Virus record (IMG/VR): IMGVR_UViG_3300031812_000019
Coordinates: 1 to 26,842 of that record
Strand: one strand, 5' to 3'
DNA from: a virus
Taxonomy: Duplodnaviria > Caudoviricetes
Length of the DNA stretch: 26,842 bases
Made by a program: the position numbers and the translations under genes. Of the stretch, positions 15,964-24,946 are shown one piece after another (position 1 is the first letter of the stretch; each line of letters opens with the position of its first letter). The notes beneath the pieces are model-generated. The model was not told the DNA's origin and ran no database searches. It was given only the letters and a program-made list of their open reading frames with translations.

Positions 15964-16704
15964 TTAGTAACCGATCGCCTTCGCAAACGCATCCCACGAG
16001 AGCGGAAGTTCACCTGTAAGTCCGTATCGATTCTTCGCAACGCACGTCGGCCCGCCGGAGACGCGAATAACGCGCTCACAGTCTGTTCGAGATGCGACCG
16101 CGACACCACGAGTCTTTCCGAAGTTACCCGTCTCCGTTCGGACAGCGTATCGCCAGTGCGCAAAGAGAACCGCGTCCATCCACTCGGTTACAAGTGCAGC
16201 CGACGTTTTATGCAGTCGCGGTGAATAACGATCGTACGCCGGCGACTCCGGGTCCTCGAACCGTTCGACCTTCGCATGCGCGATGCCAATCACGATCATC
16301 CGACGCTGCGCTCGAATCTCGTCAAGAATTCCGATCACCTCGCGCCAGACTTTCAGCGCTGCCACATAGCCGCGACCGTAACCGCCATCTACACGTTCGA
16401 TCGTTGAGACGTTGTGTTCCACACACACATAATCGTGTATGAGTCGCTCGAGCCAATCGAGCGAGTCAAGCACGATCGTCTCGAAGTCATGCGCCTCGTC
16501 GCGCACATAGCAGAGCGCGCGACGCACGTCATCGTACGACTTCGCTAGCGGAAAGTGCGCAACATCGAGATCGCCGAGGCCATCCTCCGTCAGTACGAAG
16601 ATCGGTTTCGGTGCCGATGCACCGAACGTCGTCTTACCAATGCCCTCGACGCCGTAGAGCATCACTCGCGGCGGTAACTTCTCGACTTCGCGAATCGGTT
16701 TCAT
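15964..16704 (-). CDS. Sak4-like AAA ATPase (AAA_24), single-strand annealing
   Basis: YGVEGIGKTT Walker A, TIVLDSLDWLE, IAHA, EWMDAVLFA and AKNRY. Confidence 0.9.
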   Translation of the reverse strand: MKPIREVEKLPPRVMLYGVEGIGKTTFGASAPKPIFVLTEDGLGDLDVAHFPLAKSYDDVRRALCYVRDEAHDFETIVLDSLDWLERLIHDYVCVEHNVSTIERVDGGYGRGYVAALKVWREVIGILDEIRAQRRMIVIGIAHAKVERFEDPESPAYDRYSPRLHKTSAALVTEWMDAVLFAHWRYAVRTETGNFGKTRGVAVASRTDCERVIRVSGGPTCVAKNRYGLTGELPLSWDAFAKAIGY

Positions 16705-16803
16705 CGAAACGCCTCCACACTTCGCACAACTCCTCGAACCCGCAACCGTAGTTTACCTCGCACCCGATTTTTTTGTAGTCGCGTCCCCCATAAAGGGGAC
16801 ATC

Positions 16804-18279
16804 TCATTGAATCGAAATCAGCAGAATTGCCTTGTTTTCTAGGCGAATTTGCACGTGGGCGATCTCGCGCAAAAAATCACAAAGCTCGGGGTTGATCCCG
16901 TGGTGTCGACCGAACGGCATCTCGGAAGGGAACTGTATGACATCGTTCGTGACTACGATATGCCGCCACTTCGATCGCGCTACGACTTCACGCAGCCAAC
17001 TACGAACGTGCGCGAACGGCCAGTACGAGAGAACGTCTTTCACGAGTAACGCGTCGCCATCAGGAATCAAGTCGATCTCGAATGCGTTCGCGTACTCGAA
17101 GCGAAGATTCGTTAGGTCGCTCTGCGGTAGTATCTCGCGCACGCAGTCGAGGCCAACGACCTCGACTCCAATTCGACGTGCGATCTCTCTCGTAATGCGA
17201 CCGCTACCGCATCCAAGATCGACGATCTTAGTCCAACTGTGCGTCTTAGCTAAAGTCTCAATGCACGAAAGATATGTACGGTCGTCCACCGACGGCGAGT
17301 CGAAAACACGCGTCGCGCCACGTCGATAAAGATTCGTGAACGCAGGTTCGCACTCTTCGACTTCGTGTTCAGCGAGTTTTGCGAACTCACGCCACACGAA
17401 CGTCTCGAACGGAAGATGCGGCGCAAAATCGACTGCACAGTCGCGGGCATTCCAGTCGCATGCGCGGAAGAGCTTCGAGACCGGACGATGCACTATGAAC
17501 CTTCGATTATCGAGTGCGCACACGAACGCGGGATGCTGCCACGTTGCTGGCCCGACGATCGTGTACGGCAAGTCCGTAATCGCGAGTGCAAGTCGCCATG
17601 CGTCCTGATCGCCGTAGAGGTGCTGAAAATAGAAGTCGCTGTGTTGGCAGATCCAATCCGCGATGACAACGAGTGGCCACGCGCTCTCGCGATCAACGAA
17701 GAACTGACCGCCCTGTACGCCGACTACATCGCGTCGCTCGTGCGAGGGCCAGACGTAGTGCCAGCGGATATTCTGCCGATTCTCGCTCCAGAACGCGAAG
17801 TCTGAGAAGCGATCGAAATACGGTGTCGGATCGACTACGCAGTACGCGTCCGCGTCGAGAAAAAGAACGCGACGAAATCTCGTGTGCCGAATCGCGTGCA
17901 GCTTCGCTTCCCACCCGCGGAGAATACGTGGCCACGTCGTTTTCGCGACTTCGCGTGTATCGACGATGCGAACGTCGTAGCCGTCTAGGTCGGACTCGCG
18001 AATCGGTTCCTCGTCAGCGTAGTGGCCACGCCACACCTCGATCGGTCCGCGATAGCCGAGATGACGAAGTAATCGCACGCCGACTACGATGCCAGGCCAG
18101 TATCGACCGCCACCGACGTAAACGACTCCGAAGTCGGAGTCGTGGCCAGCGTACGGTTCGTTGTGCGCAAGATCGATCACGCGATCAAGCGCTTCGTAGT
18201 GAGCGCGAATCGTGTTCGGACAATGCGCCCACTTTCGATCGCCGGTGTGATCGTTAACGTTTGCGAGCGGATCGATCAT
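16804..18279 (-). CDS. GT71/Mnn-like glycosyltransferase fused to a class I SAM methyltransferase
   Basis: GVVYVGGG, LRHLG..GPIEVW, GWEAKLHAI, LFLDAD (DxD), GQFFVDR, YGDQDAWRLA; C-terminal VDLGCGSG, VGLD and DALLVKDVL. Confidence 0.85.
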   Translation of the reverse strand: MIDPLANVNDHTGDRKWAHCPNTIRAHYEALDRVIDLAHNEPYAGHDSDFGVVYVGGGRYWPGIVVGVRLLRHLGYRGPIEVWRGHYADEEPIRESDLDGYDVRIVDTREVAKTTWPRILRGWEAKLHAIRHTRFRRVLFLDADAYCVVDPTPYFDRFSDFAFWSENRQNIRWHYVWPSHERRDVVGVQGGQFFVDRESAWPLVVIADWICQHSDFYFQHLYGDQDAWRLALAITDLPYTIVGPATWQHPAFVCALDNRRFIVHRPVSKLFRACDWNARDCAVDFAPHLPFETFVWREFAKLAEHEVEECEPAFTNLYRRGATRVFDSPSVDDRTYLSCIETLAKTHSWTKIVDLGCGSGRITREIARRIGVEVVGLDCVREILPQSDLTNLRFEYANAFEIDLIPDGDALLVKDVLSYWPFAHVRSWLREVVARSKWRHIVVTNDVIQFPSEMPFGRHHGINPELCDFLREIAHVQIRLENKAILLISIQ

Positions 18280-18291
18280 GGCGACCTCGAC

Positions 18292-19428
18292 TTAGGCTGG
18301 CCTAAGTACGAACGAACCCGATGCGCAACGACCTGGCTTTATCGTAATATAAAACGTGGGCAATCCTGGACATCCGGTTACTGTTACATCGAAGTCATCG
18401 GTGGACAGAACGCAGTTACCAGAAGCGCAATATATTTCGTAATAAATAGTCAAATCGCCGTTATCACAATAAAAGTAAATGAAGTCCTCGCACGATGTGC
18501 AATGAGAAGTCAAAAAGCCCCAAGAAATAGCATTGACCGACCATGGCCATGGCCCCGTTGTTCCCGTGCAGGTCATTCCGAAGTACGTAACGTCGTATTC
18601 GAGTACGTACTCACTGCCATTTTGCGGACAGCATCCGCCACCGCCGCCGCCACCACCGCCGCCCGGACTCGAAATCGATCCGCCGTACGGCGCGCTCGTG
18701 CAATCCGGAACGCGCACACGATTGCCGCTCGCGTCCTCGTAAAAGATATCGACGATCGCGCCCGAGTAGTTGCGAACAACGCAGAGCTTCGCGAGACAGT
18801 CGATGCACTGCCGCTCTTCGTCTTCGTCTCGCTCTTCTTCGTCTTCGATCTCGAAGCCGTAAGGACCGTAGTACGCGTAGCCGTAGTCGTCCGTCTTCAA
18901 CTTCTTGCATCGTCGCTGGTGCCGCGAATCGCCAAGTCGAAGTAGTGCGTAGTTACCGGCGTGATAAAGAATGCGCGCCGGTCCGTAGTCGTCCGCTTCG
19001 AGGAAATACGGATCGCCGGGAATTGCGTGCGCGTAGTCTCCCTCCCCGAGAACGTAAGCGAAAACGACGCCGCTTACCGCAGCACGCGCGAGCGTGACGC
19101 CGTCCGACGGTTCGACGAGCACGACGAACGGATCGCACGAATCCTCGGGCGCTTCGACTCGATACGCTTGTGGTGCGAGAAGCGCACTCGGTGACGTGAG
19201 GTTGCCAGCGATGCGCCAGATCGTGTACTCGCGCGCCGGCACCGGCGTCTTCACGTAAACGATATTATGCGGCTGCAACGCGCGAAAAATCTCTTTCTCG
19301 ATATCGCTCGGCGATGTTTGCGGTCGCAGAACACGACGCGCGGACTCGATAAGAAGATTGATCCGATCGGCACGCGCGAGTTCACCGATCGGATCACCTG
19401 GAGAAACGAACGATAACGGATCGCTCAC
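18292..19428 (-). CDS. Tail-tip / putative receptor-binding protein with Gly10 linker and Cys-rich C-terminal domain
   Basis: Second gene after the tape measure; Gly10 at 18634-18663; Cys- and aromatic-rich terminal domain. Confidence 0.65.
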   Translation of the reverse strand: MSDPLSFVSPGDPIGELARADRINLLIESARRVLRPQTSPSDIEKEIFRALQPHNIVYVKTPVPAREYTIWRIAGNLTSPSALLAPQAYRVEAPEDSCDPFVVLVEPSDGVTLARAAVSGVVFAYVLGEGDYAHAIPGDPYFLEADDYGPARILYHAGNYALLRLGDSRHQRRCKKLKTDDYGYAYYGPYGFEIEDEEERDEDEERQCIDCLAKLCVVRNYSGAIVDIFYEDASGNRVRVPDCTSAPYGGSISSPGGGGGGGGGGCCPQNGSEYVLEYDVTYFGMTCTGTTGPWPWSVNAISWGFLTSHCTSCEDFIYFYCDNGDLTIYYEIYCASGNCVLSTDDFDVTVTGCPGLPTFYITIKPGRCASGSFVLRPA

Positions 19429-19437
19429 GATCGCACC

Positions 19438-20508
19438 TCACGTTCCGATACCGAGTAGACTAAAGTCGCCTTCTTCGTAGACGACCGAGACGTACGCTGC
19501 GACTGGCTCCTGAACGACCATGCCCCAGCGAGTCATCGGGCGATACTTGACCCAGAGATAGTCGTGACCACGCTTGAGCGGTACTGTTATTTTCTTCGTG
19601 ATGCGAACGTTTCGCTGGTTGCGCTCGACTCGGAACTTATGCGTAACTTTCCACGCACTCGCGTTCTCTTTATCCGCGACGCAACCGAGATAGAGAACCT
19701 CGCCCGGCTCGAAGTGATAGAACCGTCTCTTGTTCACCTTACCGATTAGACTCATCACGGTTTGAATATACGCGACATTCACGACTGGGATCGTGATACG
19801 CCGCTCGAATGAGAGCGATGGCGCAGCGATATCGCAACCCTCGATCGAATCTTCGGAAACGTTGATCGCGTTCTCGAAGTCCGGTGCGTCGGCTGGCATT
19901 ATCCACACTCCGCCACTCGCACCGACTGGTGCCGGATTACGATCGAGAACCCAGCGCGCACCGTTTATCGCTACGATCCGATACGGCCCATACGTCCACG
20001 CCGGCGGACCGCCGGTCACGAAAATCGTTCGACCTTCGTGTACCGAATTCGCTGCGATACCGTCGGGGACTACTTCCGAGAACGCAACGCACTGCAGATT
20101 CGTTCCGCTCGCGGTCGCGTTGCCCGCGCCGACACGACCTTGCGAAATCGCACTCGTAACGTGAATCTGCTGCGCTTCCGCGGAGATCGAGTAGCCGAAC
20201 GAAAGATCGACCGTATCCGATGCCGGCGCCGACTTCGTTGCTGACGGTGGACTCGCATCGACCGCTTCGTCACTCGGCTCCGCGGAGTACGTGATTGCGA
20301 CATCGTAGGTTCGACCGTCTTCGTTTGCGCGAATATCTACGTCGGATCGCGTAAGCCCAAGAAAGATCGGAGGCGTGTACGCGTAGATCGCGTTCGCGAC
20401 CGAGATCACATTAGGATAATCGATCGCGTGCACGTTGATCCGATAGCTCGTGCGGTTATACGAAAGCGAAAGCTCGTCGGGGTTGATCTTGAAGAGTAAG
20501 TGCGGCAT
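19438..20508 (-). CDS. Tail protein (distal tail/hub-like)
   Basis: Directly after the tape measure; beta-rich; GEVLYLG...KRGHDYLWVKY...VYEEGDFSLLGIG terminus recalled from related prophage tail proteins. Confidence 0.7.
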   Translation of the reverse strand: MPHLLFKINPDELSLSYNRTSYRINVHAIDYPNVISVANAIYAYTPPIFLGLTRSDVDIRANEDGRTYDVAITYSAEPSDEAVDASPPSATKSAPASDTVDLSFGYSISAEAQQIHVTSAISQGRVGAGNATASGTNLQCVAFSEVVPDGIAANSVHEGRTIFVTGGPPAWTYGPYRIVAINGARWVLDRNPAPVGASGGVWIMPADAPDFENAINVSEDSIEGCDIAAPSLSFERRITIPVVNVAYIQTVMSLIGKVNKRRFYHFEPGEVLYLGCVADKENASAWKVTHKFRVERNQRNVRITKKITVPLKRGHDYLWVKYRPMTRWGMVVQEPVAAYVSVVYEEGDFSLLGIGT

Positions 20509-20509
20509 G

Positions 20510-22183
20510 CTATTTCACCTTCATGTTTGCGTCAACGCCTTGCTGCACTCTTCGCACTTCCTTTAGAATATCAGCGAGTAAATCTTCTTGGCGCTTCTGC
20601 GTGCGCGCGCCGAACGCGAACTGCTGTCGCGCCGCGAACGCCGTAAATGTGCCACGCGCTTCGCCGATCGCGAGCATATCTCGGAGATCTTCCTTCGATA
20701 CGAAAACCGCTTCCATCGCCGCGACGCGACCTTTCGGTGGTCCTTGCTGTTCCTGTTCTCTCTGCTGCTGTTGTCGCAGCGCTTGCAAGATCATCTGCTC
20801 GAGTTCCCAGCGCAACTGGTCGACGCGCGCGCGATCGACGTTCTCGATCTTATCTTTGAGGAATTTATCGATCTCTTCCGCGTTCAGTAAAAGCGCACCT
20901 TGGCCGAGCGCACCGACACCAACACCAACAAGGCCACCGGCGGGTCCCCCGATAAGAAGACCCGCACCACCACCGACGAGCGGCAGCACCCACGGATTAT
21001 TCGCGAAAAACTCGAAGATGTCACGCACAAACGACCACCAGAGGCGCTTCAACGATCGTATCAGCATGGCCCACGTTAGTTCTAACGCCTTTACGAGTAT
21101 ATTGAACGCGCTCTCGATATCACCGGACTTTATCGACGCCACGATCGCTTTTATCGAATTCGACCAGTCGGTCGCGAGTCCTTGTAAGTCGGTCTTGAGT
21201 TCGCGGAACTTATCGATCGTGTTATTGCCACTCGCGACCGCGGCCACGCCGAGTGCAACGACGCCAGCGACTACGAGACCAATCGGACTCATGATCGCAA
21301 GAAGCACGAGCTTCAGCGCAGCGAGGAGCGCGCTAAAAACGCCAATCGCGATCGAGACGAGTTTCACGATACCCGCGAAAGCGAGCAGCGCACTACCGGC
21401 GGTTACGAGGCCTGCAGCGAACGCTGCTATCGCGATGACAGCGCCCTGGTTTGCGCGCACCCACTCAACGAGATTCGCAGTCGCGTTTTTCAGCCACGCC
21501 GCGATCGACTCGAGCACCGGCGCAATCGCAGCAGCGACTTCGTACCAAACCGCAGAGATCGAAGCCGTAATCTCGCGCCACGACTGCATGATCTGCGTGG
21601 CGTGTTGCACTCGTTCACTCGTAGTCGCAGTTAGATTCGCGAGTCGCTCTTTCGCGTCGTTCGAGAGCATCCCCATCGAAACGAGCGCCATGCCGACCTT
21701 ATCGCCGAAGAGTTCGACTGCGATGCGTGCACGCTGCGTCTCGTCCGGAATGCGTTGCAACGCCTCGAGTACGACTTCGAGTCGCTGCTGGAGCGGCAAA
21801 TGCGCGAACGAGATAACGCCGAGGTTCTGCAGCACGTCCCCGAACTCGGCCACCGCTTTCGCATCGAGTTTCGCGGTCATGTTCTCGAGCGATGCGCCGA
21901 GCTCGTCGACGCTAACGTTCCAGACGCGAAAGAGCGACGTAAGCTTCGAGAACTGCTCGACCGATGTGCGCAGTCGCAATGCCCAGCCACCTATCGCTTC
22001 TTGCTCTTGAAAGACCGATAGCGCCGGCCGAAACGCTGCGAGTATCGACGCGCCGATACCCTGCAGCGCAACGCCCCACGTTGCGAGCTTGCGCGAGACC
22101 GCGTTGAGGTCCGCAGTCAGTCGATCCGTGAGCGTCAGCTCGACGCTCGCACGACCCGCTCGGATTTCTGCTGGGCTAGCCAC
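20510..22183 (-). CDS. Tail tape measure protein (557 aa)
   Basis: IRAGRASVEL N-terminus, Ala/Leu-rich helical body with hydrophobic stretches; follows the chaperone genes. Confidence 0.88.
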   Translation of the reverse strand: MASPAEIRAGRASVELTLTDRLTADLNAVSRKLATWGVALQGIGASILAAFRPALSVFQEQEAIGGWALRLRTSVEQFSKLTSLFRVWNVSVDELGASLENMTAKLDAKAVAEFGDVLQNLGVISFAHLPLQQRLEVVLEALQRIPDETQRARIAVELFGDKVGMALVSMGMLSNDAKERLANLTATTSERVQHATQIMQSWREITASISAVWYEVAAAIAPVLESIAAWLKNATANLVEWVRANQGAVIAIAAFAAGLVTAGSALLAFAGIVKLVSIAIGVFSALLAALKLVLLAIMSPIGLVVAGVVALGVAAVASGNNTIDKFRELKTDLQGLATDWSNSIKAIVASIKSGDIESAFNILVKALELTWAMLIRSLKRLWWSFVRDIFEFFANNPWVLPLVGGGAGLLIGGPAGGLVGVGVGALGQGALLLNAEEIDKFLKDKIENVDRARVDQLRWELEQMILQALRQQQQREQEQQGPPKGRVAAMEAVFVSKEDLRDMLAIGEARGTFTAFAARQQFAFGARTQKRQEDLLADILKEVRRVQQGVDANMKVK

Positions 22184-22545
22184 GACTTTAGATCGTCCTT
22201 CGTTAGTAGTGGCAACTCGTTATCGTTCCGAACACCGAACCGCTCGAGGTACTCGACCACGTCCGGGAAAATATCTTCGACTCGAATCGTCGGCGACTCG
22301 CTACCGCGAAACGCGTTCGCAATCGCTGCCGCGATGATACCGTAGTGGCAATGGTCGTGGAATAATCGACTTTCGTACATCGCACGTAGTTCGCCGAGCG
22401 TGAAGTTCCACGGCGCTACGCCGAGGTAACCGGCGAAGTGCCAGACGTAAGAATCGATGTCGCAGTACTCGCTTCGACTTTCGACAGCAGCAGTTTCAAC
22501 GCGGCGCCGAGGATTTCGCGCATGATCGGATGGCCCTCGAAAAAA
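22135..22545 (-). CDS. Tail assembly chaperone extension (gpT-like), probably made by -1 frameshift
   Basis: Open -1 frame relative to 22416-22916 encoding VWHFAGYLGVAPWNFTLGEL...; no good independent start; slippery T TTT TTC at 22545-22539. Confidence 0.6.
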   Translation of the reverse strand, partial: FFRGPSDHARNPRRRVETAAVESRSEYCDIDSYVWHFAGYLGVAPWNFTLGELRAMYESRLFHDHCHYGIIAAAIANAFRGSESPTIRVEDIFPDVVEYLERFGVRNDNELPLLTKDDLKSWLAQQKSERVVRASS

Positions 22546-22916
22546 TCGAGGATCCTCGAGATGAACGCGACTTCGGCTTCCCAGATCGATCGACCGTAGA
22601 GCGACTCGAAAACTTCGTTCGCGGTCACACCGTGCCGCGCAAGCGAATCGCGGCACAAGACTGTCAACAACGCTTCTGCCGTCTTGCGATCGCGGAACAC
22701 GGCGCCGTCAGCGAGTATGCGCACGAACTCCTCGTAGTCGAATCGCTGCGACAACGCGTTGTCGATCGTAGTGTCCGGTCGTACTACGCGTGCGAGCGCC
22801 TCCGAGGCCCACTTCGCAAGATCAAACCCGTGATCGCGAAGATCGTGGTACCGCGCGAAGCTGATCCGCGCAACTTCGTACTCGCGGCCATGTTCGTCCG
22901 TAAATCGATGACGCAT
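22416..22916 (-). CDS. Tail assembly chaperone (gpG-like)
   Basis: Between tail tube and tape measure; GAGGA SD; contains LDFF. Confidence 0.75.
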   Translation of the reverse strand: MRHRFTDEHGREYEVARISFARYHDLRDHGFDLAKWASEALARVVRPDTTIDNALSQRFDYEEFVRILADGAVFRDRKTAEALLTVLCRDSLARHGVTANEVFESLYGRSIWEAEVAFISRILDFFEGHPIMREILGAALKLLLSKVEASTATSILTSGTSPVTSA

Positions 22917-22936
22917 CGTTACTAGTCCTCTCGCGA

Positions 22937-23401
22937 TCAGGGCGTTACCTCGAAGTACTCGGGATAGCGATAAACGGTACCGTCGAGTAACGGCGACACC
23001 ACGAACGTAACCGAGATTACGATCGCTTGGCCCATCTGCTCAGCGCGGTTGAATCGCGTCACCTCGACGAGCGTCTTCAAGCCCCACGAACCGACCTCAG
23101 TACGCGAACCGTTCAAGCAAAGAACATGCAACTGGCCGCGAGCGAAAAACGCCTGACGAATCTGCGCGACGCTCGGATCGCCTGCAACATCGAGCATATC
23201 GAACTCGATCGTCGCCTCTTTCAACGTCGCGACCTGAGTTCGCCAACCGGCATGCGCACGCGTCGTCACGTCTGCGGTCGCGTGCGAGAGGTTTAGTGTC
23301 AGGTTATTGACATTCGGCACCTCGACCCACGTCGGCGTAGTCCAGTTATTCGCGCTATCGACGTAGAGCTTCGCGAGGTGCCCCAGTCGTGTTCGACTCA
23401 T
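22937..23401 (-). CDS. Major tail tube protein
   Basis: 154 aa; LG..AKLY, W.EV.NV..LTLNL, ADVTTR...GWR..VATLKEATIEF pattern; syntenic position. Confidence 0.82.
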   Translation of the reverse strand: MSRTRLGHLAKLYVDSANNWTTPTWVEVPNVNNLTLNLSHATADVTTRAHAGWRTQVATLKEATIEFDMLDVAGDPSVAQIRQAFFARGQLHVLCLNGSRTEVGSWGLKTLVEVTRFNRAEQMGQAIVISVTFVVSPLLDGTVYRYPEYFEVTP

Positions 23402-23817
23402 GCGTTTGCCTCCTTATAGAACTGCGATAGTCTCGCTAAACCTTCGCGAAACGCGGGTTTCATATACTCGCGCTTCGGATACTTCGCGACACGCGCGCCG
23501 TACCGACGTACGCCGCTGTGCTCGTGAAGTGCTGGCACCGGCGAGTCAGGACGTAGTAGTGTCGGTCCGATAACGACGCTTTTCTTTCGCTCGTCGAGCG
23601 AAAAGAAGATGAGCTTTCGTAGCTGGCCTTTACGCACCGACGGCGGTTGCCCCGGTGGCGACGCCGTCTTACGTCGCCGCATACTTCGCTGCGCGACCAG
23701 TCGCACGAACGCTCCGAATCGCTTGAAAACGCGCAGCGTCTTGCGATCGAAGTAACGCGTAACCGCTGGCCGATCGAGAAAAAGCTGCTTGACTTTTACG
23801 ATCGACTCCGATGCCAT
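23398..23817 (-). CDS. Neck/tail-completion protein, HK97 gp10-like (139 aa)
   Basis: ATG 23817 (MASESI) overlaps the upstream stop; basic; SPPGQPP..RKGQLR, HEHSG and REYMKPAF motifs. Confidence 0.7.
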   Translation of the reverse strand: MASESIVKVKQLFLDRPAVTRYFDRKTLRVFKRFGAFVRLVAQRSMRRRKTASPPGQPPSVRKGQLRKLIFFSLDERKKSVVIGPTLLRPDSPVPALHEHSGVRRYGARVAKYPKREYMKPAFREGLARLSQFYKEANA

Positions 23818-24251
23818 CACAACGACTCCAACACAGCGTAACGCGCAGTCACACTCGCGCGAACGAACGAACTTTCGTCGAATACTTCCTCGATCTCGTA
23901 AAGCGGATCGGAAAACGAGATCGAGTCGAATGCGTATGCGATGCCATCTCGCTCGAGCACTTCTTCGCTCGTGAGTCGCGACGCGATCGAGTGCACGTCG
24001 TTGACGACGATCTCGATCGACGACGCGTCCACGTACGGCCGAGCACGAACGACCTCTACGTCGAGAAGGAATCGAAATCGCGATCGCGAAAGTCGCTCGC
24101 GCTCGGAACGAACGAACGTAACAACGCACACGTCGGGCGTCTCGCGTGCGAGCACCCAGTAGTGTGCCCACGTCTTCGACGTTGCAACGGAAGCCGCCTG
24201 TGGCGGACCGTTGAGCACATTGACAACGGCGTCTAGTAAGCTCGCGATCAT
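23817..24251 (-). CDS. Putative tail terminator / head-tail connector protein (144 aa)
   Basis: ATGA-coupled to the upstream gene; size, position and alpha/beta pattern. Confidence 0.55.
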   Translation of the reverse strand: MIASLLDAVVNVLNGPPQAASVATSKTWAHYWVLARETPDVCVVTFVRSERERLSRSRFRFLLDVEVVRARPYVDASSIEIVVNDVHSIASRLTSEEVLERDGIAYAFDSISFSDPLYEIEEVFDESSFVRASVTARYAVLESL

Positions 24252-24577
24252 CGATCCATCAACACGAGGACGCGAGTCGCAGCCGAGGGAACGTCGTTAC
24301 CAACGACTACGCCGACACGCTTATTACCGGTCGCTGTCGTGGTGAAACGACTGTTCGCCGCGTCCCAGTAAACGACTGTGCCTTGGCTCCAAGGGCTACC
24401 AGTCTCGCGCGGGCCTTCGATAACGGCGCCGACCGCGACACCGACCGCAACGTTGGCCTTCACCGGCTCGAGCGTGACCGCAGGCATATCGCCGAAAAAG
24501 ACGAGCGTGCCTGCAGGTTGATCGGAACCGAACGTAGCGGGAATCACGAAATCGTGATGCTTGACTACGACATTCAT
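24248..24577 (-). CDS. DUF2190-like capsid decoration/cement protein
   Basis: 109 aa; G.LV..G...V, G..VYWD.....TTTATGN..VGV pattern. Confidence 0.8.
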   Translation of the reverse strand: MNVVVKHHDFVIPATFGSDQPAGTLVFFGDMPAVTLEPVKANVAVGVAVGAVIEGPRETGSPWSQGTVVYWDAANSRFTTTATGNKRVGVVVGNDVPSAATRVLVLMDR

Positions 24578-24589
24578 CGTTTACCTCCG

Positions 24590-24931
24590 TTAGGATGCTA
24601 ACCTCGTCCACACACGAACGAGGAAACCATAGGGATCACTCGAAGTCGTTGCGTGTGCGCCTCCGGTAGCGCGCACAACGATATACCGCTGCGATGTCGC
24701 GACGTTGACGATCTCGTCCGCAACTCGCGGCCAATACCCGGCGGGTAAGTCGCTCGCGCGTACAACGAAGCACTGCGTCGTCGTATCGGCTGCGACCTGT
24801 CCACCGAGTGACACCGACTGCGAATCGCGGCGCGCAATCACGGCGTCGATCTCGGTACCGTTCGGCAACCGAAGTCGAACGCCGCGACTGCGAAGCAGTG
24901 TCTTGAAGAAGTCATCGAGTATCGCGTTCAT
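24590..24931 (-). CDS. Head-tail joining protein (gpFII-like)
   Basis: 113 aa right after the capsid gene; FVVRASDL...PRVADEI...SDPYGFLVRVWT. Confidence 0.65.
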   Translation of the reverse strand: MNAILDDFFKTLLRSRGVRLRLPNGTEIDAVIARRDSQSVSLGGQVAADTTTQCFVVRASDLPAGYWPRVADEIVNVATSQRYIVVRATGGAHATTSSDPYGFLVRVWTRLAS

Positions 24932-24946
24932 CGTCTCTCGCTGTCA

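Noticed and set aside
16783-16800. GTCCCC-N6-GGGGAC hairpin as the late-operon terminator
   Set aside because: Position fits but there is no U tract on the coding strand, so support is too weak to call.
18292-18640. Diversity-generating retroelement target in the tail-tip C-terminus
   Set aside because: No reverse transcriptase and no second template-like copy of this sequence were seen.
20523-22010. 495-aa plus-strand ORF
   Set aside because: Antisense shadow of the tape measure gene; Ser/Ala-rich with no motifs.
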